From assembly GCF_009914755.1 (NCBI RefSeq), contig NC_060932.1: a stretch of DNA of 64,000 nucleotides. One strand, 5' to 3'. Shown here piece after piece: positions 30,406 to 46,014 of this stretch. Numbering within the stretch: position 1 is the stretch's first letter; each line of letters starts with the position of its first letter. Under the pieces are notes generated by a model. That model was not told the DNA's origin. It saw nothing but the letters and a program-made list of their open reading frames with translations, and did not search any database. The position numbers and the translations under genes are program-made. This DNA comes from the human T2T-CHM13v2.0 reference genome, Homo sapiens.

Positions 30406-31389
30406 GGTGAGCAAACATCCCCTCAGGTCAGACACACATGAATAAAACCCATCTCTGCTACCAATTCACTCTGGGAACTTGGGTACAACTTTAATTTTTT
30501 AATCTGTAAAATGGAGTGATACATGGGGTTGCCGCTAGAATTCCATGCAGTGCTTGCCACAATGTCTGGAACAGATTATGTATCTAATACTTTGAAGTTG
30601 TTGGTACTACTTGGAATGTTTGATGATGAAGGTATCATTGAAAGTGTTATGCTTCTCTCAATACATTAATTTATATCTTCACATATATTGAGAAAATTAA
30701 GTAAACGGGCCTTTTATTTTGATCCTGATTACATTAATAGGAAAGCCACTCTTTGAGAAGTGACTATTTCAATTCTGTCTCTTGAGGGATCCTTGTTTTG
30801 TAAAACAAAAAGTGATCATTCAACCAACATTTATTGAGTACCTTTGTGCCCAGACAAAATATACCCATAACACAAACATACTCACTTATACAGATATACT
30901 TTAAAATGAATAAACATTAGTTGTTTCACTTTTCTTGCTCCCACTTACCGTTCTGTCTCTGGAGTTAGTGCTTGAGTCTGCAGGTTGCATTCCTTTGGCC
31001 CTCCCCCTTTTTCCAACGGGCACATCTTGCATCAATTGAGGACCTACGGCAAAAGTGGCTAACACATGTGTGGGCTCTGTTGTATTTTGTTATTGTAATT
31101 TCTTATGACTGAAAAAAATAAGAAGTGTCACCAAGGAGTCCAGGGGGATTTCCTGACTAGCAATGTCTTTGAAGAATATTTTAAGACAGAGGTTTTTAAT
31201 TGGAAAGAATCTTAATCAAGTAGGGAAGTATGCCTTTGAAACATTTTTCTTTGAACAGTAAACTTACCAGTTTAGAAAAACTCATTTCCATAAAATGATA
31301 TTTTAATTTTAATGTGTTTATTTCCCTTATAGTGCATGTACCCACAATGATTTTATTCTTAGTTCTATTTATTACATTCTGCAAATTAG

Positions 31390-32918
<1,529 letters not shown>

Positions 32919-33220
32919 TCTGAGAATTCCCATTAATGTTAATTCTGGGTATACATTCACAAGTCCGGAGGAAAGAAGTCTTTACTTCTAAGTTCAACTT
33001 TTCTAAATAATTCAATTCACTTGAGGTTTGAATAAACTGGGCTCATCTTAAAATGAAGATTTAATCATGCAAAAGCTCACACGAGGGGGTGAAATGATTG
33101 TCATTGTTTAAGACAGAAGAATGACACTGCAAAGTTTATGTCAAAAAAATGCCATAAATGTTTTATTATTTATTCCAATTAGAAGGTAAGATTATTTGTC
33201 TCGGCTTACATTCCTAAGTT

Positions 33221-33224
33221 GTGC

Positions 33225-33258
<34 letters not shown>
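33221..33258. repeat. (GT)n microsatellite
   Basis: gtgcgtgcgtgtgtgt... Confidence 0.95.
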
Positions 33259-33261
<3 letters not shown>

Positions 33262-33304
33262 ATAGAACTTACCATATAGATAAGTTCTATATGGTAAGTT
33301 CTAT
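33262..33304. repeat. Perfect 19-bp inverted repeat with 5-nt spacer
   Basis: atagaacttaccatataga-taagt-tctatatggtaagttctat. Confidence 0.95.
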
Positions 33305-33308
33305 ATGA

Positions 33309-33393
33309 TCACTGCAAGCTCCGCCTCCTGGGTTTACGACATTCTTCTGCCTCAGCCTCCCAAGTAGGTGGAACTACAGGCACTCACCACCAC
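33309..33393 (-). mobile_element. Internal AluY-type right-arm fragment, no tail and no TSD
   Basis: tcactgcaagctccgcctcc...cattcttctgcctcagcctccc...ctacaggcactcaccaccac. Confidence 0.88.
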
Positions 33394-34561
33394 AGTGGTG
33401 GCCTTACATTTGTGTGAAGGAGAATCTACAGAGGGTGAATCAGATGGGACGAGAAAACTTGGGGACCTGCCTTGAGAATGTGATCATACAGCATGTTATG
33501 TAAATCGTTACATAAAACTGAGGAAAAGTCAGCTGCATGTACCAAAGAATGAGGGGTTTCGGGCAGTTGCAGGATGATAGAGATTACGGTTGTGATAAGG
33601 ATGATACAGAAAGGGAGTGAGAGATAGAAATAAAATGGCAAGTTTTAGTGTCATGAACACTTTTTTTTTTTCTTGGCTAGGAGACTTGCGTGCCCATCGA
33701 CTCAATTTTTGAGAAATAAGAATCATCTGGACTTCCCAAATACGCTTTCATCCCTGCTTTAGTGAGAAGCCCAGGAAAAAATGCCTAAAGCAACTTCATA
33801 AGTCATCTTCATATTTGGTTGAAAACAAACAAGCATACACTAGAAACACCCACGCTTGATCCATCCCAAATTTTTCTTAGAGTCTAATGAAAATAGTATT
33901 CCTTGTGAAAATTGGTATACTGGAAATTTCTGGTCAAAATCAAGGATGAATTTTCCATGGCATCTAATCTGACTATAGCTTCTCCAAACTTTTTACAAGA
34001 AAGGAAAGCTTGCACTAAGTATTAGGTATTTCTTAAAGATTCCTTAAAAGAAGCTCTCAGATATATTCTCTAATGCCTTAAACTAAAATTTCAAAGACCA
34101 TGTCAGTCATATTAAAAATGGGTCTCTCCTTTTTGAATTACAGAAAAGAAATTTAAAGTGAAAAATGCTTTCCTCTATTCATAAAGATTAGGGATTTAAG
34201 TCAACATAAACATCTTTTTTGTGACTACAGTTGAGGTATATTTTGATTTTAAAGCACAGTAAGAACATTTTACTTAATAAAACAGCATTTTTTAAAATCT
34301 TTAGAGTCTGTGGTTGAGGAGACATGGAAATAAGCCAAAAGGATACTTAGCTATAATAAAATTAAGAAATATTTATTTTATTTTATTTGCCAACCATTAT
34401 ATAGGGCTAAAACATGAACTAGGCACTGTTTTAACAACACTATAGAGGTATTAACTCTAAACTTTGAATAAACATGTATTGTCCTGTAAAGACTATCTTG
34501 AAAGAATATTGTTTATGAATAATAATCTTTTAAGGAACAATAGTGACTATTAATGAGTAAC

Positions 34562-34860
34562 TTTTTTTTTTTTTTGGAGACATGGTCTTGCTCAGTGCTC
34601 AGGCTGAAGAGCACTGGCTGATTACAGGTCACTGCAGCCTTGAACACCCCCAGCTTAGGTGATCCTCCTGCCTCAGCCTCCCGAGTAGCTGGGACTACAG
34701 GTGTGCACCACCATGCCTGGCTAATTTTTGTAATTTTTGTAGCAGAGGGTTTTGCCATGTTACCCAGGCTGGTCTTGACCTTCTAGGCTCAAGGGATCTG
34801 CTCACCTCAGCCCCCAAAGTTCTGGGATTACAGGTCAGGTGTGAGCTACCATTCCCAGCC
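34562..34860 (-). mobile_element. AluJ-like
   Basis: poly(T), tcactgcagccttgaac, diverged dimer; flanks agtaactttt/agtgactttt. Confidence 0.9.
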
Positions 34861-35560
34861 CAGTGACTTTTAAATTATTGACTTGCGAATAACTGATTAC
34901 TTGTCTCATCCTTCAGTATGCAAATATGATGTGGTATTTTCTTTCTCTTGAGGATCTTTTTTAACTTGGAAAACAACTCTGGACATGGAATTTAATCATT
35001 CTTTAGTTAAAAGTGAAAATAAATTATTCTTTTCAATTAGGAAAATCGTAAGATAGGTCTAATGAGAGTTCTCAAATTTGCTGATCACTCTTAAAAAAAG
35101 TTGAACTCTTAAAAATTCCAGAGAATGTCCACAGATTCTCGACAGATAGTAGTTCCTAACTGATTTGGAGTGCAAGCCATCCAGATTTTTCAGAACTATC
35201 CAGATTTCACATATTCTTGTTGCTTGTCCCCATGTTTGTCTCATCAGTTTTGATTTTAGCACATACAAAAAAAAATAACCTTTTTATCCATTGGCCTGAA
35301 CAGTTTCTGATTCTGCTTCTTAGAAAATTTAAAATAAGTTAGACAATTGAGAAGCTGCTGTAATTTTGACTCCAAAGTGTTGTTCAAATGGTGAACAAAA
35401 ATATTTATGTCAGGAAAATAAGAGGAGACTTCCTTTCCAGTTTTCCTCTTGTCTATTATTTCAGTTTTCTCAATCCCTCTCCGCCTCTTTTTTCAGTGTA
35501 AAAGTGAAGTGTGAATAGAAGACGTGAAATACTGTCTAACCCTTCTGGATGGTCTATTTC

Positions 35561-35875
35561 TTTTTCTTTTCTTTTTTTTTTTTTTTTTTTTTTTGAGACG
35601 GAGTCTCACTCTGTCGCCCAGGCTGGAGTGCAGTGGCACGATATCGGCTCACTACAAGCTCCGCCTCCCGGGTTCAGGCCATTCTCCTGCCTCAGCCTCT
35701 TGAGTGTTGCTGGGACTACAGGCGCCCGCCACCAAGCCCGGCTAATTTTTTGTATTTTTAGTAGAGATGGGGTTTCTCCATGTTAGCCAGGGTGTCTCAA
35801 TCTCCTGACCTCGTGATCCCCCCGACTCGGCCTCCCAAAGTGTTGGGATTACAGGCGTGAGCCACCGCTCCCGGC
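35561..35875 (-). mobile_element. AluY
   Basis: caagctccgcctcccgggttc, cctgacctcgtgatcc; TSD tggtctatttc. Confidence 0.95.
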
Positions 35876-36557
35876 TGGTCTATTTCATTTATGCTGTGAG
35901 ATGCTTAGAAAAAGCCCAGATCCAGCTTAGGTTCTTTCTCTCTTTCAGAGTTTCCCTAACAACCTGCTGGCTGCCTTATGCTCCTGTAGAATACAAGTTT
36001 TAGTGAAGTCAACATAATCCTTGCCTTCAATATTCTGCACAGTAAGTTACACAAATCTTTTAATGAGTCAAACTATGAGAGTTTGGTTCTGGAAAATACA
36101 GACACATTATTAACTTTAACACTTAGGAACATTCTAAAAACTATAAAAATAGGTATAAAATTGGTTTGAAAATACACAGAAGAGAGAAGGGTACTATGTA
36201 ATGTATTCAATAGCAACAAATGAACATGACTTTCAAAATGAATCCACCAGATTAAATCATCTCTCTCCATGAAGGAGGGTTAGGCAAGTTAAAGCAATGT
36301 GGGAGAGGTGAAGCATTCTGAGCCAGCACTGCCTACCGCAGTAAATGAATCTGAGGTTCTCTTTCATGTACAAACCTTCGGAGTTACTGACCTGTCTCTC
36401 TGCCTCCTTTATTACAGCACTCAGAGCGCTTGGAAACTCAGCGGATGTTGCTTGACACTTGAAGAGGGGGAAAGTGGCATTCGGAAATGTGGGGAACGGG
36501 GTTTCTACTCTGTTCAGGTGTCACTTCTGTGGTTCATTTGCTCTGAGTATCAGGAGT

Positions 36558-36957
36558 TAATATGGTTTAGATGTTGTCCCCGCTAAATCTCATGTTGAAA
36601 TGTGGTCCCCGATGTTGAAGGTGGGGCATGGTGTGAGGTGTTTGGGTTCTGGGAGCAGATCCCTCATGGCTTGCTGCTGTCCTCATGCTAGTAAGTTCTT
36701 GTGGGATCTGATTGTTTAAGAATGTATAGCAACTCCTCCTCTTTCACTTGCTCTCGCTCTGCTGTGTGAGACACCTGCTCCCCCTTCATATTCTGCCATG
36801 ATTGTAAGCTTCCTGAGGTGTCATCAGAGGCCGAGCAGATGCCGGCACCATGCTTCCTGTCTAGCCTGCAGAACCATGAGCCAATTAAACCTATCTTCTC
36901 TATAAATTACCCAGTCTCAGGCATCTCTTTATAGCAATACAAGAACAGACTAACACA
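36558..36957 (+). mobile_element. MST (MaLR) solo LTR, MSTA/B-like
   Basis: atatggtttagatgttgtcccc...aaatctcatgttgaaatgt...ataaattacccagtctcagg...gactaacaca; near-TSD ggagt/ggaat. Confidence 0.88.
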
Positions 36958-37543
36958 GGAATATTGCTGGAGCAAATCACACACAAGCCAGGCTGGCGCC
37001 TCCATGAAGCTATGATTTCTAGTCTTGTCTGGATCCTCAATTCTCTCCTTCGTCAGCTCTGATGCTACAACCCAACAGATGAATTCGCATTTTACCTCAT
37101 AGAGCAGGCATCAGAAGAAACTCCTTTTTGCCCAAACATGCCCAGACTCACCTGCACCACGTTTGTGCCTACTGTTTTCTTCTGGTACAACAGAAAAGGT
37201 GTTCATCATCTGCTAATTCCTCCCTCTGTGTTTTGGATTCTATATCTCATTTCTTCTCAGGAAACCTTTTCTATCAGTTTTTCTTTCTCTCTTTACCTTC
37301 AGTCTCTTTATCTTCCTTCCCTCTAGCTCCCATTCTCCACATACGGCAAACTACTTTTTGTCTCAGTACACAGCACACTTTCTTGTCTGCAGGCCTTTTC
37401 TCATGATGTTGTTCCTGAGTGGGCCATTCTTCCCTTTCATTTCCTTTTCCTTCCTTATTGAAACCTTTCTTATGATCCAGGACACTTTTAGAAATGTCTT
37501 CTATGAAGCTTTCTTTAACTGCTTCCAAGTCGGAGTGAGATGA

Positions 37544-37871
<328 letters not shown>

Positions 37872-38325
37872 GTTTGGTGGTAGGAGCCATCTAAACCTAA
37901 GTTTTTCTGAATTGTTGCACTTGAGTGCCAACCTTCCTCAACTCATAGGTCTTATATTGTTTATTTCTCCCTTCATGGGAATCACATGTCTAAGAACTGT
38001 TATTTCATATACCAGGTCTGCTTATCTGGTTGTTTAAGATGAGACACTAAATCCAGTCCATATTATTCCATCATAGCCTGAAGTGGAAGTCTCATTTCCG
38101 CACTGTCTTTGAATACTGCAATTGCTAGGTATTAAATTTCTACATAGACATTTTTATTGGCTGTTTATTCTATTACTCTGATATGGTTGCCTATTGCTAA
38201 TGTCATATTCTTTTGATTAGGGTGGCTTTGTATTAAGTTGTAGTGTTTGCAAGGCAAATCTCTTTTGCCCTTTCCATCACGTATTTTATGATATAAAGAC
38301 TCTCTTTTAAGATTTTGTTATGTGA

Positions 38326-38724
<399 letters not shown>

Positions 38725-38899
38725 TAAAGTATATTTTCTATTTCTGTTTCTTGCTCTTTACTCCTAGTATACAATAAAGCTATATTTTTGCATATTTGTC
38801 TTTTAAAAAGTAATCTCCTTATTATAGCATACAATCATATCAGCAGAAAGATAATTTAATCTCTTCATCCCTTCCTAATGGCTACTGATATTTTATTTC

Positions 38900-39255
38900 T
38901 GTCTTAGTCCCTTTGGGCTGCTATTAACAAAATACCTTAGAGTGGGTAATTTATAAACAGCATAAATTTATTGCTCACTGTTCTGGAGGCTGGGAATTTC
39001 AAGATCAATGTGCCAGCAGATTTGGTGTCTGGTGAGGTCCTGTTCCTCACAGATGGCGCCTTCTCCCTGTGTCCTCACAGAGTGGGGCTGGGAGGCAAAC
39101 AAGCTCCCTCATGCCTCTTTCATAAGGGCACTAATCCCATTCATGAGCTCCCTCACAACCTAGTCACCTCCCAAAGGCCCCAACCCTTATTACCATGACC
39201 TTGGGGCTTAGGTTTCAACATGTGAATTTGGGGGGACTACAAATAGACCACAGCA
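38900..39255 (-). mobile_element. MaLR LTR (MLT1A/MSTD-like)
   Basis: tgtcttagtccctttgggctgctat...gttctggaggctgggaa...caacatgtgaatttgggggga. Confidence 0.82.
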
Positions 39256-40327
39256 GTTACCTTATCTTAATATTATATATTCCCGAGAACCGCTAAATCA
39301 ATATTGCTTAATTATGATAACAGAGAGCATTCATTTCTTGTTCCTGTCTTGATGAAAATGGCTTTAATGTTTTACCATTTGGAATAATATTTGTGGGTGG
39401 GTTGGAGCCCACATCCTTTATCATATTTAAGCCACTTCTTTCAATGCCTTCTGAGAGTTTTTATTATAAATCGTTCCTACATTTTATCAAGTGCCATTTC
39501 AGGATCTATTGAAATAATCAAAAAGTTTTTCTTCTTTAATTTGTTAACTAGTGAGTTATGTTAATTGGAATATTTTGGTTTTGAACCACGCTTCCATTCA
39601 TAAAGTAAATTCTACTTGATTACTTTGATATACTGTGTATGACAGGATTGAATTCTGTTATTAAAAGTCAGATTCTGTTAGATTGTATTAGATAGCAAAC
39701 CCAGAGCTTGTTTATTTCAAGAACTCTTAAAACTAGTAATAAAAAATAATGAAGATAAACAGATGGGCAAAGAGAGATCAGAAAAACAGAAATAAAAGAC
39801 CATGGGAGTGATAATGCTGATATCAGATTGGTAGAATTTAAAATGAAAAATATTAAATGTCATAAATACTTATAAAATATAGGATTACAATTATAATGTT
39901 ATAATTAAGGACATAATTTATGAAGAATATAAAACAGCAGTAAACTTTCACGTACCTAAAATGTAGCAGTTAAATACATAAAATACAAAGAATTATAAAT
40001 TTAACAAGATCATGGTAAAAATATAACTAATTATAGTGAATATTTTAATATAGCTCTTTCAGAACTGGATAAGTTTGGAAGACAAAAATTAATTAAGAAT
40101 ATGATGGAATTACACAATTCAACAAAACCTCAATTTTATTCATGTATAATGTTACATTTTTAAAATTGAGAATATACTATTTTCCCACTAAATGATCATG
40201 CACATTTATAAAAAGTGATCATAGAGGCACCCACAAATAAATACTTAACATATTTTTCAAAGTATATATTATTGATTATAATTTTTTAAATTAGAAATAA
40301 ATATTAAAGAGATGAATAAGATGAATG

Positions 40328-41091
40328 AGCACCTGTTGTTTCCTGATTTTTTTAATGATCACCATTCTAACTGGTGTGAGATGGTATCTCATTGTGGTTT
40401 TGATTTGCATTTCTCTGATGGCCAGTGATGATGAGCATTTTTTTATGTGTCTTTTGGCTGCATAAATGTCTTCTTTTGAGAAGTGTCTGTTCATATCTTT
40501 TGTCCACTTTTGATGGGCTTGTTTGTTTTTTTCTTGTAGATTTGTCTGAGTTCATTGTAGATTCTGGATATTAGCCCTTTGTCAGATGAGTAGATTGCAA
40601 AATTTTCTCCCATTCTGTAGGTTGTCTGTTCACTCTGATGGTAGTTTCTTTTGCTGTGCAGAAGCTCTTTAGTTGAATTAGATCCCATTTGTCAATTTTG
40701 GCTTTTGTTGCCATTGCTTTTGGTGTTTTAGACATAAAGTCCTTGCCCATGCCTATGTCCTGAATGGCATTGCCTAGGTTTTCTTCTAGGGTTTTTATGA
40801 TTTTAGGTCTAACATTTAAGTCTTTAATCCATCTTGAATTAATTTTTGTATAAGGTGTAAGGAAGGGATCCAGTTTCAGCTTTCTACTTATGGCTAGCCA
40901 GTTTTCCCAGCACCATTTATTAAATAAGGAATCCTTTCCCCATTTCTTGTTTTTGTCAGGTTTGTCAAAGATCAGATAGTTGTAGATATGTGGCATTATT
41001 TCTGAGGGGTCTGTTCTGTTCCATTGGTCTATATCTCCGTTTTGGTACCAGTACCATGCTGTTTTGGTTACTGTAGCCTTGTAGTATAGTT
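40328..41091 (-). mobile_element. Internal L1PA ORF2 fragment (about 760 bp) with no 3' UTR, no poly(A) and no TSD
   Basis: ORFs 40571-40996(-) and 40291-40494(-) are L1 ORF2 C-terminal sequence; ends abruptly at both sides. Confidence 0.95.
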
Positions 41092-42689
41092 ACCAAAATC
41101 TTTACAGGAAAAAGGACAAAATATCAAAAGGGGTTGTAAATTACGTTAAATCTCTACTATTTAAAGGTGCCAGGCTACTTTGTGTGGTTGGGATGGCTTA
41201 ATCACTGACTCCTAGCTAGCATTTCAAAACAGGTAATTTCAATGTTATTTAACCTGATCCAGACCATAGATTTTTCTAGACATCTCTTTGTTGATGTTAA
41301 CAATTCAGTTTAACCTTACAGGCAGAATTTGTTAAAGGGAGCCCAGAGAACTACTTAGCCACTGCTCTTATGAATATAGATGCAATATCCTAAAAAGCGA
41401 AATATCAAGTGGAATCCATTAAGTTGGTATTGTATGGCTTGAACACATAGAAATGTGTGAGGAAAGGATGTGAGCGCTGAGAGAATCCCGTCCATGATAT
41501 GCATATTTTTCCATTTTCTTGCCGAGAGCATGCCCTCCCTTTCCCTCATCCCTGATACTCTTCTCACTGTCCACATGTTAACCTGAGCTGGACTGCAGTT
41601 ACAGATCAGTGCTGTACTTTTGTTGCAGCCAAATCTAAGCAACTGGAATATACAGAGTCTCTTAGGGCTTAGCAGTTGTTAAAATGAGCAGTCCTTCTCT
41701 GCACTCCGTCAAGGTATGCATGAATGCCAGGGGATAAGGACATCCTTATGTCTAAAGAGACACTCTTTAGAGACCCAGATGTGTGACCTGTAACACAAGC
41801 CCACACATTATTCTGTGTGGCAGCTGTGGTGGTTGTCCTGGAACTTTGGAAGTTTGAAACTTCCAAAACCCTGGGTCTTCCCCGTGCATCAACATTTCTC
41901 TTATTTATAGCTGATTTTGCAGTCAAAGCTCTTCTTGCCACCTCCAAAACTGCCGTTGGTTTTAATGGAAGGAACATGTAGCCTTTCCCAGACCATTCAT
42001 GAGACCTCCACCTTCGCAACCAAGCTAGGATTGAGTACTTCCTTCCTCTTCCTCATTTTGTCCCTTATTTCTGCGTCATATCTTCTGTCTTTCCAACTTT
42101 ATTTATTTATTTATTTTTTGGTTAGACCCTCTTGACACACTGTTCCCAGCTCAGTTTAGACTGAAAGCAGTCCAGCACTTTGGCAGTAGCTGCAGCTCAT
42201 GTTAAAAGTTATGGTCACTCAAATGTGGAATAGCTTTGTAATGTGGCAGCAAGGAGCTTGAAACATTGGCCACAACTATAGCAGAGTCAGAGGTGGGAAT
42301 TCTCATGGTGGCAGGTGAGACAAAGGTAGAAGCTGCTTCCATGGTGACAGCGTTGGCCACAGTAGAAGCAGGGGATGAATAATGCTCAGGGAAAGGGACT
42401 TTTCCATGGTCAGTCGCTACCCTCCCCAACCTGTGCCTCTCTAGTATCCATTTCACTCCCTCCTAATTTTGGGTGGGATTAAATTCACTTTCAGCTCTAG
42501 GAATTGGACCCGATTTGACCTAAGCCCCTCATGGCAATCTTTTGCTACAACAATTTGTTCAAGGATACAGAAAAACTCAGGCCTTTGCCAATAAGGGCAT
42601 GGAATTTAGCCACAGTGATTGCTCAATGGATCAGCACATACCATTAAAATTGTCTAAATAGAAACAAAAATTCAGAACTTCTGTTAGAT

Positions 42690-43235
42690 GTTGTTTCAGT
42701 AAACCATTGCTCAAGAACAAAGTCCTCAAAACTTAGTGTCTTAAAACATCCATGATTTATTATTTCTCTCAGTTTTTTGAGTTGGCCATGTGAGTGGTTC
42801 TTCTGGTCTAGCCTGAGGTCATTCACGTAGTTGCAGTCATCTGACAGCTCAGTTGGAACTGGAGGGTCCCAGTGGCCTCATTCCCATGTCTGGCAATTGA
42901 TGGTGACTGCTGGTTAGAGTATCTTGGTCTTCCTCTATGTGGCTTCTTATCCTTTAGTAGTCTTCACTAGGCTTTTTGCATAGCATGGTGGTCTCAGGTT
43001 TTCTAGAGAGGAAAAGTGAAAGTTACAACTTGTTTTAAGGTTTAATCTCTGGAACTTTTATGTCATCACTTCTATTATATTCTGTTAGTAAAGGCAATTC
43101 CCAAGGCCAGCTAAGATGTAAGAGAATGGAAAAATAGACCTTGTCTCTTAATGGAAACAGCAGGATTGTCAAATTACAAAGGGGTGAGGACACAAGGTGC
43201 CATAATTTATTACTGGACATTACCTGCTATCTACA
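42690..43235 (-). mobile_element. MLT1 (MaLR) LTR, old subfamily
   Basis: ctcaaaacttagtgtcttaaaaca...gatttattatttctctcag...tcatcacttctattatattctgttagtaaagg. Confidence 0.7.
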
Positions 43236-43339
43236 ATGTTTGATCGAGGTAAGTTCTGCAGTGAAATTAACATACATTGCACAACATATTATCCACTATT
43301 ACCTTTTAAAAATTATCACGTAGATTCCTTCATCTAGAG

Positions 43340-43557
43340 CAAGCTTGTCCAAACCCATGGCCATGGGCCACATGCAGCCCAGGATGGCTTTGAATGTGAC
43401 CCAACACAAATTCATAAACTTTCTTAAAATGTTACGAGATTTGTTTGTGATTTTTTTTAGTTCATTAGCTATTAGTGTTAGTCTATTTTATTTGTGGCCC
43501 AAGACAATTCTTCTTCTGCCATTGTGGCCCAGGGAAGCCAAAAGATTGGATACCCCG
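43340..43557. mobile_element. MER30 (hAT-Charlie MITE)
   Basis: caagcttgtccaa...cccaggatggctttgaatg...gggaagccaaaagattggatacccc; 8-bp hAT-type TSD atctagag/gtctagag. Confidence 0.92.
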
Positions 43558-44399
43558 GTCTAGAGTGTATTCCAGTTTTCATTACTTTCCCTTCAGAACT
43601 GGTGTTCTGTTCTATCACGTTTCTCCACGTGTACCTGCATTTAAGAGTACGTGCACCTGTCATTAAGATATAAAGACACGACTGGTCCTGTTTTCTGGCA
43701 ATCATAAATCCTGGTATTTATATGTTTCACTGGCAGCTGTATTATATGACATTTGAAATTTCTAGTTAAGGATGGTTCAAGATACTTGGCTGAGGTTATG
43801 TGTTTTTCCTTAATCTCTTCAAACCATCCCTCCACCACCAATAGATAAAAGGAGAAAACCCATTGCCATAAAGAGAAAGAAAGAGAAACTTGTGCGGCAA
43901 AGAAATGTCTACAAATATCTGCAAGATAAAAAGACAATGGAGCCTTTCTGACAAAGAAAAGAGAGCAAGGAAGTGATAGAACAGAGTGACAGGAGGGGGC
44001 TGCAGCGGGGATTGTTGGTGGGTGGATCAATTGAGAAACTTATCTGCAGAGCAACTTACTGCTCTCTTCCTGACATGTCCATTTCTTTGCTTCTCTTCTC
44101 TGTGTTCTCTGATCTTTAGCATAGGAACGAAGCATCAATCTCCAAAAATACCTAAGGCTTCTCCTCTACTGAAATGTGAATATCTACATAGGCAGCATTA
44201 GAACTTCATGCCATACCTCAGAGTAAAGTTCTCCCATTTTGGCAGTTGGAACTTCCACAGCTAATGATCTGCTTGCTGCCTGTTCCTCCTGAAGGCTTCA
44301 CTTCATCTAGACAAGCCCTGGACACATACATAAAGTCCCCGTTTAGCCTTCCTGTCAATGAGAGAGACTAAGCATGAAAACAGTCCCACATAAAACAAT

Positions 44400-45295
44400 A
44401 GAGGAAACATCTCTGCTACAGAGAGAAATTATTCCATTCCTCTTTCTTAAATAGAATGGATGTCTGAAGACCTTCAACCCATTAAAGAAAGGATAAGATT
44501 AAGAAACAAAACTGTCTCTAGAAGAAACAAAGACATTTTGGAGAAAAATTTAAGAAGGTAGTGTCTCCAAAGTACAAAAGCAGTGCTGTGAGAAAGAAAC
44601 AATTGGGGATCAAATTAGAACATTTGTTATACATATAGTCATATCCCAAATTAAAATTTCAAATAAGAGTTTGAATATAAAGTAAGTCTCTCAAGACATA
44701 GAGAGAAAACAGAAAAGAGATTGGAGAAAACAGAGACAACAACAAAATAAAATAAAAAGGTTGAACGCTTGAGTTAGATAAGAGATGCAGAGAATATTTC
44801 TAGGAAGTGCAACTCAACTAATAGGAATTCAGGGAACTAGACATACAATAACAGAAGGGAAGAAATTTTCAAGAAATAATACAAAAATTTGCCCAAAGGT
44901 CAAAAGAGATCACTTTTCTGTTGGAAAGATTTAAATAATTGAAAGAACACTCATGTAAACATAGTCCTGAATTTTTTTTTTTACACGAAAGATAAAGAAA
45001 AGACTCCTGAACACTTCCAGATAGATAAAACAGATCCTCTACAAAGGATAGAGAGTCAGGCTAGCATTAACTCTCATCACCAACACTGAATGGTAGAAAA
45101 ATGAGCAATGCATTCAAAATTCAAAATTCTAACAGGCAATAATTCTGAACCTAGCATTCTTACACAGAATATCAACAAAGCATGATGGCAAAATGATTAT
45201 ATTTTGGACACACCAGGGCTCAGACAATTTATATCTCTTGTACCCTTTTTAAGGAAGTTACTTGAGATATAACTCAACAAAATGAATGCAGATAT
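44400..45295 (+). mobile_element. HAL1/L1M ORF1-like remnant
   Basis: A-rich, agagtcaggctagcatt...caatgcattcaaaattc...gaacctagcattct. Confidence 0.5.
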
Positions 45296-45299
45296 CAAG

Positions 45300-45680
45300 T
45301 GATGTTGGTCAATTGTCTTCCCAAAAGATGTTGAAGTCCTAACCCCCAGTGCCTGTGCATGTCACCTTATTTGAAAATAAGGTCTTTGTGGGTTATCAAG
45401 TTAAAATGAAGTCATTCGGGTAAGCCCTAGTTTAATATGATGGTATCTTCATAAAAAGGGAAAATTTGAACACACAGACAGACAGCATAGAGGAAAGATG
45501 ATGTGAAGACCCAGGGAGAACACTGTCTATGAGATAAGGAGTGTATGAGGCTATTAGAAAGTAGGAAAGAGGCATGAATGAATTCTCCCCCATGCTGTGG
45601 ACAGCTTGATCTTGAATCTCTAGCTTCCAGAACTGTAAGATATTGATATTTTGTTACAGCAGCCCCAGGAAATTAATACA
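45300..45680 (+). mobile_element. MLT1B/C-like LTR
   Basis: gttgaagtcctaacccccagtgcctgtg...accttatttgaaaataaggtctttg...ttgttacagcagccccaggaaattaataca. Confidence 0.82.
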
Positions 45681-45696
45681 TCCAGAGAGATTTCTC

Positions 45697-46014
<318 letters not shown>

